From: Pseudomonadota bacterium
Lineage (GTDB): Bacteria; Bdellovibrionota; Bdellovibrionia; Bdellovibrionales; SG-bin7
Assembly (NCBI GenBank): GCA_034439715.1
Contig: JAWXAY010000070.1
Location: 1 to 64,000, forward strand
DNA length: 64,000 bases
Reading direction: 5' to 3'
The translations under genes and the position numbers were made by a program. Below the pieces are notes generated by a model that was not told where the DNA came from, searched no databases, and saw nothing but the letters and a program-made list of their open reading frames with translations. Of the stretch, positions 39,570-49,366 are shown one piece after another (position 1 is the first letter of the stretch; each line of letters begins with the position of its first letter).

Positions 39570-40166
39570 ATGAGGTTAATTCTGGCGGTTTTAGGGTTGG
39601 TTATTTGGCTACCATTTGCTAGTAGTGCTGCCGTCAAAGCTCTTAAATTTGAACCTAATAAACTAGATAGGTTTTTTGATCAGGGAATTGCCGTTGGAGT
39701 AGAAGCGGGAAGAGCTTTTTCTATAACAGGAATTAATAAAAAATCAGAAAATCAAAACGGTTTAAGCGAAAGTATTTCCATTAATGTGGGCGATGGGCTC
39801 GGAAGAAAACTCACAGGCTCTGTAGGCTTTTTTCAAGTGGCTGTTGAAAAAGATCCGGCAAGGCTTGTAATAGATTTGACACAAATGCAGCGGACTAAAG
39901 TTGATGAACGGCAGCTTGCTGCGGTTTTTCGCGACTCAGGCTTTATTAAAAGCACCGAGATGACAATGGATCCCGAAGACTTCAGCACCAATTTAACATT
40001 TTTTTTAAAGAAGCCCGTCCGAGTAAAAGTTTCGAGCCCGGAAAAACAAGGACAGATATTAATCAAAATTGAAGAAGAGTCCGCTAAAAGAATTAAAAAA
40101 ATTAAAAAAAATAAAAAAGAAAATAAAGAAAATAAAGAAAACAACAACCAGAAAAGTAAAAAGTGA
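39570..40166 (+). CDS. Secreted hypothetical protein (AMIN-like PARLVIDL segment) with Lys-rich tail
   Basis: GGAGG RBS, signal peptide, DPARLVIDL segment. Confidence 0.7.
   Translation: MRLILAVLGLVIWLPFASSAAVKALKFEPNKLDRFFDQGIAVGVEAGRAFSITGINKKSENQNGLSESISINVGDGLGRKLTGSVGFFQVAVEKDPARLVIDLTQMQRTKVDERQLAAVFRDSGFIKSTEMTMDPEDFSTNLTFFLKKPVRVKVSSPEKQGQILIKIEEESAKRIKKIKKNKKENKENKENNNQKSKK
40116..40142 (+). repeat. 9-bp tandem repeat (AAAGAAAAT)x3 encoding KEN-KEN-KEN
   Basis: Read directly from the sequence; the third copy ends in C. Confidence 0.7.
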
Positions 40167-40933
40167 AAGTTTTGTTTTACTCGAGTTTATTCACGCTTGT
40201 TTTGGCTTTCACAACTTCAACCACTGAAGCAAAGGTGTTTAACTTAACTAATGTGAATGCGTCATCATATCTAAAAGCAATTGGTGGAACGTCTAACATT
40301 CACAACGATGCCTTTATCCATGGAGGGGGGGGCTACGACCAAGTGACAGTTAAAGACGGAGCCATATATTCTTTTGGTGGTGAATTTGGTTTTTCTTTTG
40401 AGGCGGGGAGCACGACTACTCGCTTAGGCATTGAGTTAGCCAGGCCGCAGAAACTAAGTGATTATGAAGTTAAGGATGCCAATGGCGCAATTCTTTACAC
40501 GCTTGAAAGTGAGATCGTTGCATTTAGTCCATCAGTAACTTTTGAATGGGCTCTAGCAAAAGCCGGGACTTCTAAAACCTATGTCTTCACAGGTGGCGGG
40601 TATTCGTATGTTACTCTCGTCAATAATTATAACATGACGTCAGCGGGTACCACCGCTTTTAGTAAAGCTAGTTTTATCGAAGACGCCAAAACTCAAGCTA
40701 TCTTTGGTACCCTTGGACTCGGTTATGAAATGTTACTCGTAGATAACGTTACTATTTCTATGGAGTTCGGGTATCGACACCTAGAGGCGCGAAGGTTTCT
40801 GATGCGAGGTACATCAGATGCTATTTCAAAAAATTATCAAGCCGATGATGTTTTAAAAAATACGGATGGGTCCGACCGACGGCTAATTTTGAGCCACCCT
40901 TTTGTCGGGGTACTCTTTAAGTTTTACTTATGA
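40163..40933 (+). CDS. Outer-membrane beta-barrel protein
   Basis: Signal peptide, alternating amphipathic strands, aromatic C-terminus FKFYL. Confidence 0.75.
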   Translation: MKVLFYSSLFTLVLAFTTSTTEAKVFNLTNVNASSYLKAIGGTSNIHNDAFIHGGGGYDQVTVKDGAIYSFGGEFGFSFEAGSTTTRLGIELARPQKLSDYEVKDANGAILYTLESEIVAFSPSVTFEWALAKAGTSKTYVFTGGGYSYVTLVNNYNMTSAGTTAFSKASFIEDAKTQAIFGTLGLGYEMLLVDNVTISMEFGYRHLEARRFLMRGTSDAISKNYQADDVLKNTDGSDRRLILSHPFVGVLFKFYL

Positions 40934-41784
40934 TTCCGTCGGCAACAGAACTTCGTTATTTTATTGAGGTAGCACAAACCGAGAATCTCTCGCGAGCAGC
41001 AGAGCGCTTGGGGGTCAGCCAGCCGACATTAACATTAGCCATAAAAAGACTCGAGGACTCCTTGGGACACATTGTGCTTTTGCGTAGTAAAACCGGAGTT
41101 AAACTTACTAAGCCTGGAGTAAAGCTTTTGGCGCAAGCACGATTTCTTTTGGATGAGTGGGAAAAAATTCGAAATTCTGCCCTTGAAGACGAGTTAGAAC
41201 TCCGAGGATTATTCAGTATTGGTGTGCATCAGTCAGTGGCCAATTATACTCTGTTTAAGTTTCTCCCTGCGCTTGTAAGCGAATTTCCTTACCTTGAATT
41301 CAAACTTGTGCACAAATTGTCTCGCCTTGTAACCGAAGAGGTTATAAGTGGAAAGGTAGATTTTGGATTGGTCGTAAACCCCGTGGCGCACCCTGATTTA
41401 GTGATTAAAAATCTGTTAACTGATGAGGTGACATTTTGGATGTCCGAAAAAATTAAAAAAAACTGGGAGAATCTGCCGCTCATTTGTGATCCAGAGCTTC
41501 TACAGACGCAGGCTCTCCTTAAACAAATTCAAAAAAAAGGTATATCCTTTTCAAGGCGAATTGAGTCATCTAGCTTGGAAGTGATAAATAAGCTAGTTGC
41601 GTTTGGTGCGGGTGTCGGTATTATTCCTGGGCGAGTGGCTGCCTGTGAAGAAAGTGAAAAACTTGTTAAAGTATCTCCACAGTGGCCGGTGTTCCAAGAT
41701 CGAATATGTCTCATTTTTCGGGCCGATTCCCAAAGGTCAACGGCAAGTAAAAAAATAGTTCAAAGTATTTTATCGATGAATTAA
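40930..41784 (+). CDS. LysR family transcriptional regulator
   Basis: LRYF...NLSRAAERLGVSQPTLTLAIKRLE HTH, LTKPG and GAGVGIIP motifs. Confidence 0.95.
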   Translation: MIPSATELRYFIEVAQTENLSRAAERLGVSQPTLTLAIKRLEDSLGHIVLLRSKTGVKLTKPGVKLLAQARFLLDEWEKIRNSALEDELELRGLFSIGVHQSVANYTLFKFLPALVSEFPYLEFKLVHKLSRLVTEEVISGKVDFGLVVNPVAHPDLVIKNLLTDEVTFWMSEKIKKNWENLPLICDPELLQTQALLKQIQKKGISFSRRIESSSLEVINKLVAFGAGVGIIPGRVAACEESEKLVKVSPQWPVFQDRICLIFRADSQRSTASKKIVQSILSMN

Positions 41785-41794
41785 ACGCCTATTC

Positions 41795-43591
41795 TTAGGA
41801 TTCGACGCCGTAAAGGCCATCTAATATACTCTTATATTTTTTATCACAGAGTTTCCGCTTAACTTTTAGCGAGGGCGTTAGCTCACCTGACTCGATAGTA
41901 AAATCATCAGCCAATATTTCAAAATTTTTGATTGTTTCATAATTGGCGAGTTGAGAATTCACTTCTGCAATGGCATCGCGAATTACCTTTTGCACGTTCT
42001 GATTTTTCGAAAGCTCTTTAAATGAAGAATAAGAAATACTATTTTGTGAGGCAAACCGCTTCACTTCGTCAGCATTTAGCGTTACCAGAGTTACAATGTA
42101 TTTTCTCTGATCACCGTGCACCAAAACATTAGATATATATTTATTTAGTTTTAAAAGATTTTCGAGTTTTTGAGGGGCTATATATTTTCCGCCCGCAGTT
42201 TTAATAAGATCCTTTTTTCGGTCAGTAATACGTAAAAATCCGCGCTCCGTTAAGTCACCAATGTCACCCGTTGCAAACCACCCGTCCAGCATTACTTCGT
42301 TTGTGGCAGTGGAGTTTTTGTAATACTCTTTCATTACCTTTTCACTTTTAATTAAAATTTCTCCGTCATTCGCAAATTTAATTTTGACGTCTGCAAGTGG
42401 TTTACCTACGGTGCCGAAATCAAAATCGTGGGGTCGATTTAAGGTAATTGCGGCCGTAGTTTCAGTGAGGCCGTAGCCTTCAAGAACCAGGATTCCTGCT
42501 GCATGAAAAAATTCAGCAATTTGGGCGCTCAGAGGCGCGCCACCCGAGATAGCAAACCTAATCCGTCCGCCAAGGCCATTTTGTAGTTTACTAAAAACAA
42601 GTTTTTGAGCCACCATATATTGAGCGAAAAGCGAGATGGGAATGGTCTGATTTTTTCTTTTGAGTCGAGAGACTTCAGTGCCAATTCTTAGTGCCCATCT
42701 AAAGATAGTTTTTTTAGTGGCACTGATTTCAGATTGTGAAATTACCCCATTATAAATTTTTTCAAAAATTCGTGGTACGGCTACTAAAACTGTCGGTCTG
42801 ATTTCCTTTAGATTGTCGCGAATTTTATCGATGTTTTCAGCAAATGCCATTGCGTACCCAACGTATATAGATCCCCAGTATTCCACGCGCCCTAATACGT
42901 GTGAGTAGGGCAGAAAGGTCAATGTCAAATCGTCGGAAGTCATACCCAGCTCGCGAAAAACATCTTGAACCTCACTCGCAATTTGTAAGTGAGTCAATAA
43001 AACACCCTTTGGCACTCCGGTAGTGCCTGAAGTATACGGAATAGTTGCGTCTTCAGCAAGAGTACGACATTGGCAAGCCTGGACATAAAAATCGGGAGTA
43101 GTGTTTAGTCTTTCTTTTCCGAGCTTCATGATTGCAGGCCAAGTTTGGTACTCACCTTGAGCTTTCGTGTTTTTGATGAGATCACTAATTAATAAAACAT
43201 TGGCCACAATGGGGCACTTAGCTTTAATTGAATTCCACTTTTCGTACTGCGCGGCATCCTCGAGAATAACAAGCTTAGTCTCAGAGTCATTGAGAATGTA
43301 TTCAATTTCTTCTGCTGTGTTACTGGGGTAAATTGGGATTGTAATTGCGCCGAGGCCTAAAATAGCCAAATCGGCCACTGCCCACTCAGGTCGCGTATTG
43401 CTGATGATCGCCACTTTATCAGATTTATTTATTCCCAACGAATTTAGGGCGGCCGCGAGTTTTTCAGTTTCATGAAAAAATTCGCCCCAAGTCCAAGAGG
43501 ACCACTGTGTGCCGACTTTAAATGTCAGTGCAACATTAGCCGAAAGTTTTTGTTTTTTATCTAAAAAATAGTGAAGTATAGTTGGTGACAC
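41795..43591 (-). CDS. fadD: Long-chain fatty acid--CoA ligase (AMP-dependent synthetase)
   Basis: YTSGTTGVPKGV, EGYGLTET, TGDIG, DRKKDLIKTAGGK and ELTPSLK motifs. Confidence 0.92.
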   Translation of the reverse strand: MSPTILHYFLDKKQKLSANVALTFKVGTQWSSWTWGEFFHETEKLAAALNSLGINKSDKVAIISNTRPEWAVADLAILGLGAITIPIYPSNTAEEIEYILNDSETKLVILEDAAQYEKWNSIKAKCPIVANVLLISDLIKNTKAQGEYQTWPAIMKLGKERLNTTPDFYVQACQCRTLAEDATIPYTSGTTGVPKGVLLTHLQIASEVQDVFRELGMTSDDLTLTFLPYSHVLGRVEYWGSIYVGYAMAFAENIDKIRDNLKEIRPTVLVAVPRIFEKIYNGVISQSEISATKKTIFRWALRIGTEVSRLKRKNQTIPISLFAQYMVAQKLVFSKLQNGLGGRIRFAISGGAPLSAQIAEFFHAAGILVLEGYGLTETTAAITLNRPHDFDFGTVGKPLADVKIKFANDGEILIKSEKVMKEYYKNSTATNEVMLDGWFATGDIGDLTERGFLRITDRKKDLIKTAGGKYIAPQKLENLLKLNKYISNVLVHGDQRKYIVTLVTLNADEVKRFASQNSISYSSFKELSKNQNVQKVIRDAIAEVNSQLANYETIKNFEILADDFTIESGELTPSLKVKRKLCDKKYKSILDGLYGVES

Positions 43592-43633
43592 GTGGTTTCT
43601 CCGATTTCGCCATAGTGGCTACAAATTCAAATA

Positions 43634-45616
43634 TTATTTTATATTAGGTTGGGCCTTGTTGAGAAACAAATCAATTCTTTTTACTTTATTTTCTTCTACG
43701 AAAACTACTTGCGAGGCCTGGGTCTGCGTAATGGGATCTTCGGCGCGTACTATAATTTCTTTATTAGCTGGAATTGCATAACTCTTGATGGGTAGTTTTT
43801 CTGGTATTCTTTGGCCATTTATGTAGACAATTGCTGTATTTGGAAACACATTGATATTCAAAAAGGCTTCACTGGTCTTTTGTAGTGAAGCATCAAGGCG
43901 GTCGACAGATTTATCTGCAAAGTATTCAGTGCGATAAATAAAGTATCCGGGAAGCTTCAGTGAAATTTCATGAGCCTTCATGGAGTCCAATCTAATGCTA
44001 GAGGGCGTCGAGAATCCCGTTTCCTTTCCGTCAATAAAAATCTGTGCCTGCGGGGGGGTGCTGTAAACAGACACGGTAAACTTAACTTGTGCTTCATTGG
44101 TTGGAATATTGGTGGAGTCATTGACGGGAGGACGGCTGGGCTCGTCATTTTGTGTAAGAAAAATAGAGCCTACAAATTTTTGAATTTGATTGATATCGGT
44201 ATTTACGAGAGCCAAGAGAGCAGCAGCTACACCTATAACAGATAAAAACAATTGGGGCATTGACGAGGCATAGACTGTATGTTTATTCGAATTTCTAATG
44301 GGGATAGATTTATGCGAGCCCGACATATCAAGTTTTAAGTTTTTAAAATCAGTTTGTTTTTCATTGGACTTTTTTTCATCAGGCTTTCTATTTCGTTTAG
44401 ACTTTTTAGTATTTTGATAAACTGATGTGACTAACATGTTTTTAAATGCTTCTTCGAGGCTGTCACCACTATTTTCGCCCGTCGAGGTAGGAGTTGTCGT
44501 GCTTGAGGCGCCCTGTTTTTCCGATCGACTATCAGAGCCGTCAGTTTGTGTTGGCGTGGGAGTGAGAGTGATTTCCGCCTTTTTGTCGTACATCACGGTA
44601 GGTTCATGCCCAGCGTCTTTTCTAAACTGGCTGACACCTCCCATTGTCAAGTGGGCAAAATCGACAATCTTCTTTTTAACTTCCAAAATTTCATCAGCAA
44701 ATAGAGTCTTGGTAAAATCACTAAAATCATGAGGAGAAAAACTGGGGTAATGTTTATTTAAGAATGTACTGACATCTCGGTGAAGTGCCGCCGCTGTTTG
44801 GTATCTCATATTTCGATCGCGAGTGAGTATTTTATTACAAATTTTTTCGATCTCTTCGGGAATTTTAGGATTGATTTTACGTAAAGAAGGGATTTGGCAG
44901 TCTCTGATTTTTCTTAACGTATTCATTTCGTTATTAGCAATAAACAGGCGGTCGTTGGCCAGTAGCTCCCACATCACAATACCTAGCGAAAAGACATCGG
45001 TTCTCAGGTCTACAGCAATTCCTTCCGCTTGTTCGGGACTCATGTAGCCGAATTTCCCTTTCAGCGTACCTACTTTTGTAGACTCGATTTGGCTTTCGGC
45101 TTTGGCGATTCCAAAGTCGACTATTTTGACCTCGCCTTCAAAACTTAACATGATGTTTTGCGGGCTCATATCACGGTGAGTAATATTTAGTGGACGTCCT
45201 GTGGTGCCATCTAAACATCGGTGAGCAGAGTCTAGGCCGGCAGCAACCTCTCGAATTATGTAAAGAATTTGATCTATATGAAGCGCCTCGCGCTTGTGTT
45301 TGATGCGGTTTATAATTTGTCGTAGATTTTTTCCTTCGACATAGTCCATGACTAAAAAGAATTGTCCTTTCTCGACGCCAAACTCATAAATGGATACAAT
45401 GTTACTGTGGGCAAGATTGATGGCAATTTTTGCTTCGGCTTTGAACATTTCAATGAACTCTGGATTTTCAGAGTACTGAGGTAAAATGCGCTTAATTGCG
45501 AGGTACTTATTTATTCCGCTCGCACCTGGGGCCTTAGCTAAATATATTTCAGCCATTCCACCTGTGGCAATTTTCTCTAGCAAAATGTATTTACCAAACT
45601 TTTCTATTTTTGACAC
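43634..45616 (-). CDS. Membrane Ser/Thr protein kinase with C-terminal PEGA-like domains
   Basis: GGMAEIY, AIK, HRDMSPQN, DFGIAK and YMSPEQ motifs; one TM; STPPQAQIFIDG...TP PEGA-like repeats. Confidence 0.93.
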   Translation of the reverse strand: MSKIEKFGKYILLEKIATGGMAEIYLAKAPGASGINKYLAIKRILPQYSENPEFIEMFKAEAKIAINLAHSNIVSIYEFGVEKGQFFLVMDYVEGKNLRQIINRIKHKREALHIDQILYIIREVAAGLDSAHRCLDGTTGRPLNITHRDMSPQNIMLSFEGEVKIVDFGIAKAESQIESTKVGTLKGKFGYMSPEQAEGIAVDLRTDVFSLGIVMWELLANDRLFIANNEMNTLRKIRDCQIPSLRKINPKIPEEIEKICNKILTRDRNMRYQTAAALHRDVSTFLNKHYPSFSPHDFSDFTKTLFADEILEVKKKIVDFAHLTMGGVSQFRKDAGHEPTVMYDKKAEITLTPTPTQTDGSDSRSEKQGASSTTTPTSTGENSGDSLEEAFKNMLVTSVYQNTKKSKRNRKPDEKKSNEKQTDFKNLKLDMSGSHKSIPIRNSNKHTVYASSMPQLFLSVIGVAAALLALVNTDINQIQKFVGSIFLTQNDEPSRPPVNDSTNIPTNEAQVKFTVSVYSTPPQAQIFIDGKETGFSTPSSIRLDSMKAHEISLKLPGYFIYRTEYFADKSVDRLDASLQKTSEAFLNINVFPNTAIVYINGQRIPEKLPIKSYAIPANKEIIVRAEDPITQTQASQVVFVEENKVKRIDLFLNKAQPNIK

Positions 45617-45637
45617 AACACTTCCTATTACTCTTAG

Positions 45638-45664
45638 TTATCGGAAATATTCAGGAAGTTTTAA
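45638..45664 (-). promoter_or_regulatory. Putative sigma28 promoter of the Ser/Thr kinase gene
   Basis: Minus strand TTAA-N15 (or TAAA-N14)-TCCGATAA. Confidence 0.5.
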
Positions 45665-45682
45665 AATATTTGGAGCCTTTTT

Positions 45683-46285
45683 TTGAAGTGGATTGGACTG
45701 ACCGGAGGTATTGGTTCCGGCAAAACTACAGTGGCAAAAAATCTTGATCAAATGGGCGTTGCCGTCGTCTATGCCGACCAGTTAGCCAGAGACGCGACGC
45801 AGGTCGGAAGTCTAGGTCTAGAAAGTATCAAAAAAAAGTTTGGCTCTGAGATGGTAAATTCCGATGGCAGCCTAAACCGTCAGGCATTAGGAAAAATAGT
45901 TTTTTCTGACAAAGAAAAGCTAAAGACCGTAGAGCAGATTTTACACCCCCTAATCGCTGAAAAAACAAAAGAGATCCGTTCGAAGTTAGAGTCACAGGGA
46001 CGTCAATATGCCATTTACGACGTGCCTCTTCTTTTCGAGAAAAAACTAGAGAAGCAATTTGATCAAATAGTATTGGTGTATTGTGAAGAAAAAGTTCAGA
46101 GAGAGCGCATCTTTAAACGTGACTTGTTATCAGCTGACGAAATTGAATTGAGGATTCGATCGCAGATGCCACTTAGAGAAAAAATCACAAAGAGTGATTT
46201 TGTGATTTATAATGGTGGGACTATCGAAGATCTTTTAGTGCAAACAAAAGAACTTTTAGAGTATTTGAATAAAAAATGTCCTTAA
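45683..46285 (+). CDS. coaE: Dephospho-CoA kinase
   Basis: IGLTGGIGSGKTT, LNRQALGKIVF, LHP, DVPLLFE and SQMP motifs. Confidence 0.96.
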   Translation: MKWIGLTGGIGSGKTTVAKNLDQMGVAVVYADQLARDATQVGSLGLESIKKKFGSEMVNSDGSLNRQALGKIVFSDKEKLKTVEQILHPLIAEKTKEIRSKLESQGRQYAIYDVPLLFEKKLEKQFDQIVLVYCEEKVQRERIFKRDLLSADEIELRIRSQMPLREKITKSDFVIYNGGTIEDLLVQTKELLEYLNKKCP

Positions 46286-46289
46286 AAAC

Positions 46290-46943
46290 TCACCAGGCCC
46301 AAGCGTAACCAATTGCGAGCACTAAAAAGCCTCCCTCGGCATTGACGCCCAACTCAACGCCAATGGCCGCACTTAGTGGAGACTTAATTAAATCTTCAAA
46401 ACCGGCGGCAACACGTAGTTGCACATTTCTGATGTTTACAATGCTCGCCACTCCCTCTTGGCTTTTTAATTTCATGGCAATTCCTGGACGAATAAAGGGG
46501 CGGAATTTTTCTGTTCTTTGGTAAACAAATCGCCTTCCAATTTGCACATACCCAGTGCCACCCGTGTGAGCATCGAAGCCTAATTCCCAATGACGACCAT
46601 TGTCTGAGGGCAATAAATAGGTCACACCAAATAGAAACACCAGATGAAAGTCACTTTGTAATTCTTTAGGATCAAGGACTAGTCCCACCCGTGGTGAAAC
46701 AGACTGTCTAAAGGGATAATAGTAACTGCTTGTGGCGGAAGCATTAATTAAATTCTTATTATCGCTCTTTTTTTCAGGAACAGTGATGTCCAATGTTTTC
46801 AATGGATCAGGCGAATTTTTTTTGGAGGGGGGGGGAGATGAGCTTTGCGGATCTGGATTTACGGCGGTGTCGTCATTGGGGGCAGCTTGGCCTTCGAAAC
46901 TAATGAAACACAAAATAAGAAAGAGAATGACAGCATTTCGCAT
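46290..46943 (-). CDS. Small outer-membrane beta-barrel protein with Pro-rich N-terminal linker
   Basis: Signal peptide from ATG 46943, amphipathic strands, C-terminal GYAWAW. Confidence 0.7.
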   Translation of the reverse strand: MRNAVILFLILCFISFEGQAAPNDDTAVNPDPQSSSPPPSKKNSPDPLKTLDITVPEKKSDNKNLINASATSSYYYPFRQSVSPRVGLVLDPKELQSDFHLVFLFGVTYLLPSDNGRHWELGFDAHTGGTGYVQIGRRFVYQRTEKFRPFIRPGIAMKLKSQEGVASIVNIRNVQLRVAAGFEDLIKSPLSAAIGVELGVNAEGGFLVLAIGYAWAW

Positions 46944-47018
46944 AATTGACAATAATGTATGTTCAATCAAAAGTTTAAACGATTTTAGTCGACACACAAA
47001 TATAATTCGGAGGCCATC

Positions 47019-48167
47019 TTGAAAAAACTGGTTATTCTTCTACTGATTTTTACACAACAAACAGTTTTTGCAGAAACAACTGCTAATTACGGTATTCACC
47101 AGGACTACGTGAGCACCAGGGCACTTGGTATGGGGAATGCGTTCACTGCTATGGCTGACGACTACAACACATTATTTTACAATCCCGCTGGTCTGGCTCG
47201 TATTAAGAAGGCTCAGGTCAATATGTTTTTGAAGCCGGGAATATCATCAAGTTTTTTGAAGCTACAAAAAGATCTTGATAGTGCCGGAACAACTGGAACT
47301 GAGGCCGAACAAGCCGCCGCAGTCACAAATCTTATTGGTGATAACTATGGTGAGAGCTTTTATGGGCGCCTGAGTTTGGGTGGAGTTTGGGTGCGCCCGC
47401 GCTGGGGAATTGCGGTTATTCCATTAGATCTTGAAATTAATATGTCTATTCACCAACAGATCGGACCGTTTATTAATCTTGAGGCCTATCAAGATACGGT
47501 GATCGCGTACGGCTATGGCCGCGAAGTAAAATGGAGCGGGAGAGACGACTGGTATTGGGGCGCAACGGTAAAAGGTATATACCGCGGTTATGTGGGTAAA
47601 AAATTATCGGCAATTGACATGGCCAACAACCAAGAGTTTTTTCGCGAAGAAGATGCTCAAGAAGGTTTCACGGCCGATATAGATTTGGGACTTATATTTG
47701 AGCCCCAGCGCGAGACGGGATTTTTAAGCAAAGTGAAGCCCTCATTTGCTTTTGTCGGAAGAAATCTTTTAGATCTGGGCTTTAAACAAAATTATCATTT
47801 GTTAAATGACAATTCAACGGAACCGCCCAAGCTGCAGCGTCGATTTGACATAGGTTCTAAATGGGAATTGCCAGAGTTTTGGAAAATATTTACTGTTCGT
47901 GCTCTTTTTGATGTGCGTGATATGGGTCACGATAATTGGAATTATATGAAGGGGCTGCACGTTGGTGCCGAGTTTGATTGGCGCATTGCCAACTGGTGGA
48001 AAGGCGCTTGGCGCGCGGGTCTCAATCAGAGTTACCTCACGATGGGATTTACCGGAAAGCTGGCGATCTTTCAGTTAGATTTAGCAACCTGGGGCGAAGA
48101 AATTGGGACTCTCGATGCTAAACAACAAAATCGCCGATATCAGTTATCCGCGAGTTTGGATTTCTAA
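47019..48167 (+). CDS. TraF/FadL/PorV-like outer-membrane barrel, paralog 1
   Basis: RALGMGNAFTAMADD...LFYNPAGLA N-terminal motif; RAGLNQ.Y; GEEIG...RRY; terminal Phe. GGAGG RBS before TTG. Confidence 0.82.
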   Translation: MKKLVILLLIFTQQTVFAETTANYGIHQDYVSTRALGMGNAFTAMADDYNTLFYNPAGLARIKKAQVNMFLKPGISSSFLKLQKDLDSAGTTGTEAEQAAAVTNLIGDNYGESFYGRLSLGGVWVRPRWGIAVIPLDLEINMSIHQQIGPFINLEAYQDTVIAYGYGREVKWSGRDDWYWGATVKGIYRGYVGKKLSAIDMANNQEFFREEDAQEGFTADIDLGLIFEPQRETGFLSKVKPSFAFVGRNLLDLGFKQNYHLLNDNSTEPPKLQRRFDIGSKWELPEFWKIFTVRALFDVRDMGHDNWNYMKGLHVGAEFDWRIANWWKGAWRAGLNQSYLTMGFTGKLAIFQLDLATWGEEIGTLDAKQQNRRYQLSASLDF

Positions 48168-48841
48168 TCTTTAAGTAAAGCTAAAAGTGCCGCGCCAATT
48201 GCCTGATTGTTACCTAGGTTTGGGGCAATCGCTGCGTTTACTTGGTCACAGATCTCTGTATTTTGTCCTGGTACAGTACATTGTGTAGCAGCAAGTTGTA
48301 CAGCTGTTGCGCCGATGCTAGCCTGAGCGGCGGGATTTGCCGCGGCGAGATCCACGGCAGCATCGATTGCAGCCGGGTCAACTGGGTTACCAATGGCAAT
48401 ATCAGTACCAATACTGCCATCAAAACCCGTAATTATTGTGCCCATGCGCGCAACTTGTGCGATATAAATAAAACTTGCCGACTCAGATTTATTACAATCA
48501 GCAAATGCTAGCGCTTCCAAGGCCGGATCAGAAAATGCAAATGTTCCCATCATGATTGCTGCTGGGTCCCGGCCAGCGCCGGCAGTTTTCAAGTTTGACA
48601 TCGCCTCGGCAACGCGCGCCGTGGTTAATCCATTCATCAAAAACCTAGCAGCACATCGAATCGAATAAGAGTCGGCGGATTCGAGTCCTGAGACCATGTT
48701 GAGGCAATCGCCAGCACCGGCCCTATTAGTTTTATCTAAACATTGTTGAGCTTTCGCTACGGTATTGTCTTCATCAGTTTCGCAACCCGTATTGAACGCC
48801 AAGCCAGCTAACAGTGAAATCGAAAATAAGATTTGTTTCAT
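48164..48841 (-). CDS. Helical lipoprotein with 6 additional Cys (lipoprotein 1)
   Basis: GAGGAG RBS, NTGC lipobox, Ala-rich helices. Confidence 0.82.
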   Translation of the reverse strand: MKQILFSISLLAGLAFNTGCETDEDNTVAKAQQCLDKTNRAGAGDCLNMVSGLESADSYSIRCAARFLMNGLTTARVAEAMSNLKTAGAGRDPAAIMMGTFAFSDPALEALAFADCNKSESASFIYIAQVARMGTIITGFDGSIGTDIAIGNPVDPAAIDAAVDLAAANPAAQASIGATAVQLAATQCTVPGQNTEICDQVNAAIAPNLGNNQAIGAALLALLKD

Positions 48842-48876
48842 GGACTCTCCTCAGTGAGGGCTGTCTTTTTATTCAA

Positions 48877-48948
48877 CCTAGTGCAGCCATTATTACTCGT
48901 GCAGTTATAAATACTCACGCAGCCATTATTACTCGTGCAGTTACTTCT
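48877..48948. repeat. Four 18-bp units forming a perfect 25-bp direct repeat with 36-bp period
   Basis: GCAGCCATTATTACTCGTGCAGTTA occurs at 48883-48907 and 48919-48943. Confidence 0.9.
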
Positions 48949-49366
48949 AAATCATATCGGTAAACGTTAGGTGGCCACAAGTACTGGCGAGTTGCGCCAT
49001 TACAACAAAGTTGCGATCTAAAGGACAATTCTTCAACGTCTGGAAAATCAGCACCACAAGCCTTGAAATTGAATTTAATTGGACTAAAAATAAATTTTTG
49101 TTTCTAGATAAATCTCAAATTAAAACAATTTTTTCTTGACATGATATTTGTGATTCCAGTCCCCTGTAGGGGCGCGGCTCATAATTTTTTCGAGATGCTT
49201 CGAGATTCTAATTTTTGGACTTGAGTAATGCCGGATTAGGAATTTAAAACAGGACCTGGAGCCCCAGACCACTCCCCACTAGGCTTCAAAAAGAACTCTA
49301 AATATTCAAAAAATAAATCTATGTTATTGTCCTTCGAAACAAAAGGGGGGCGGAGTGGAATTCAAT

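Noticed and set aside
48883..48943. 25-bp direct repeat as a mini-CRISPR
   Set aside because: Only two copies, an 11-nt spacer that is itself part of the 18-bp periodicity, and no cas genes in the window.
48838..48951. Minus-strand frame through the repeat reading NCTSNNGCVSIYNCTSNNGCTR (RiPP-like Cys repeat peptide)
   Set aside because: An in-frame TGA lies immediately upstream, with no start codon or RBS before the repeats, and there are no modification enzymes nearby.
49150..49180. GATTCCAGTCCCCTGTAGGGGCGCG as a tRNA 3' fragment (att site) or GTAG-type REP
   Set aside because: No GTTCRA T-loop, no CCA end, no second copy, and no integrase or RAYT gene; it is only a short hairpin.
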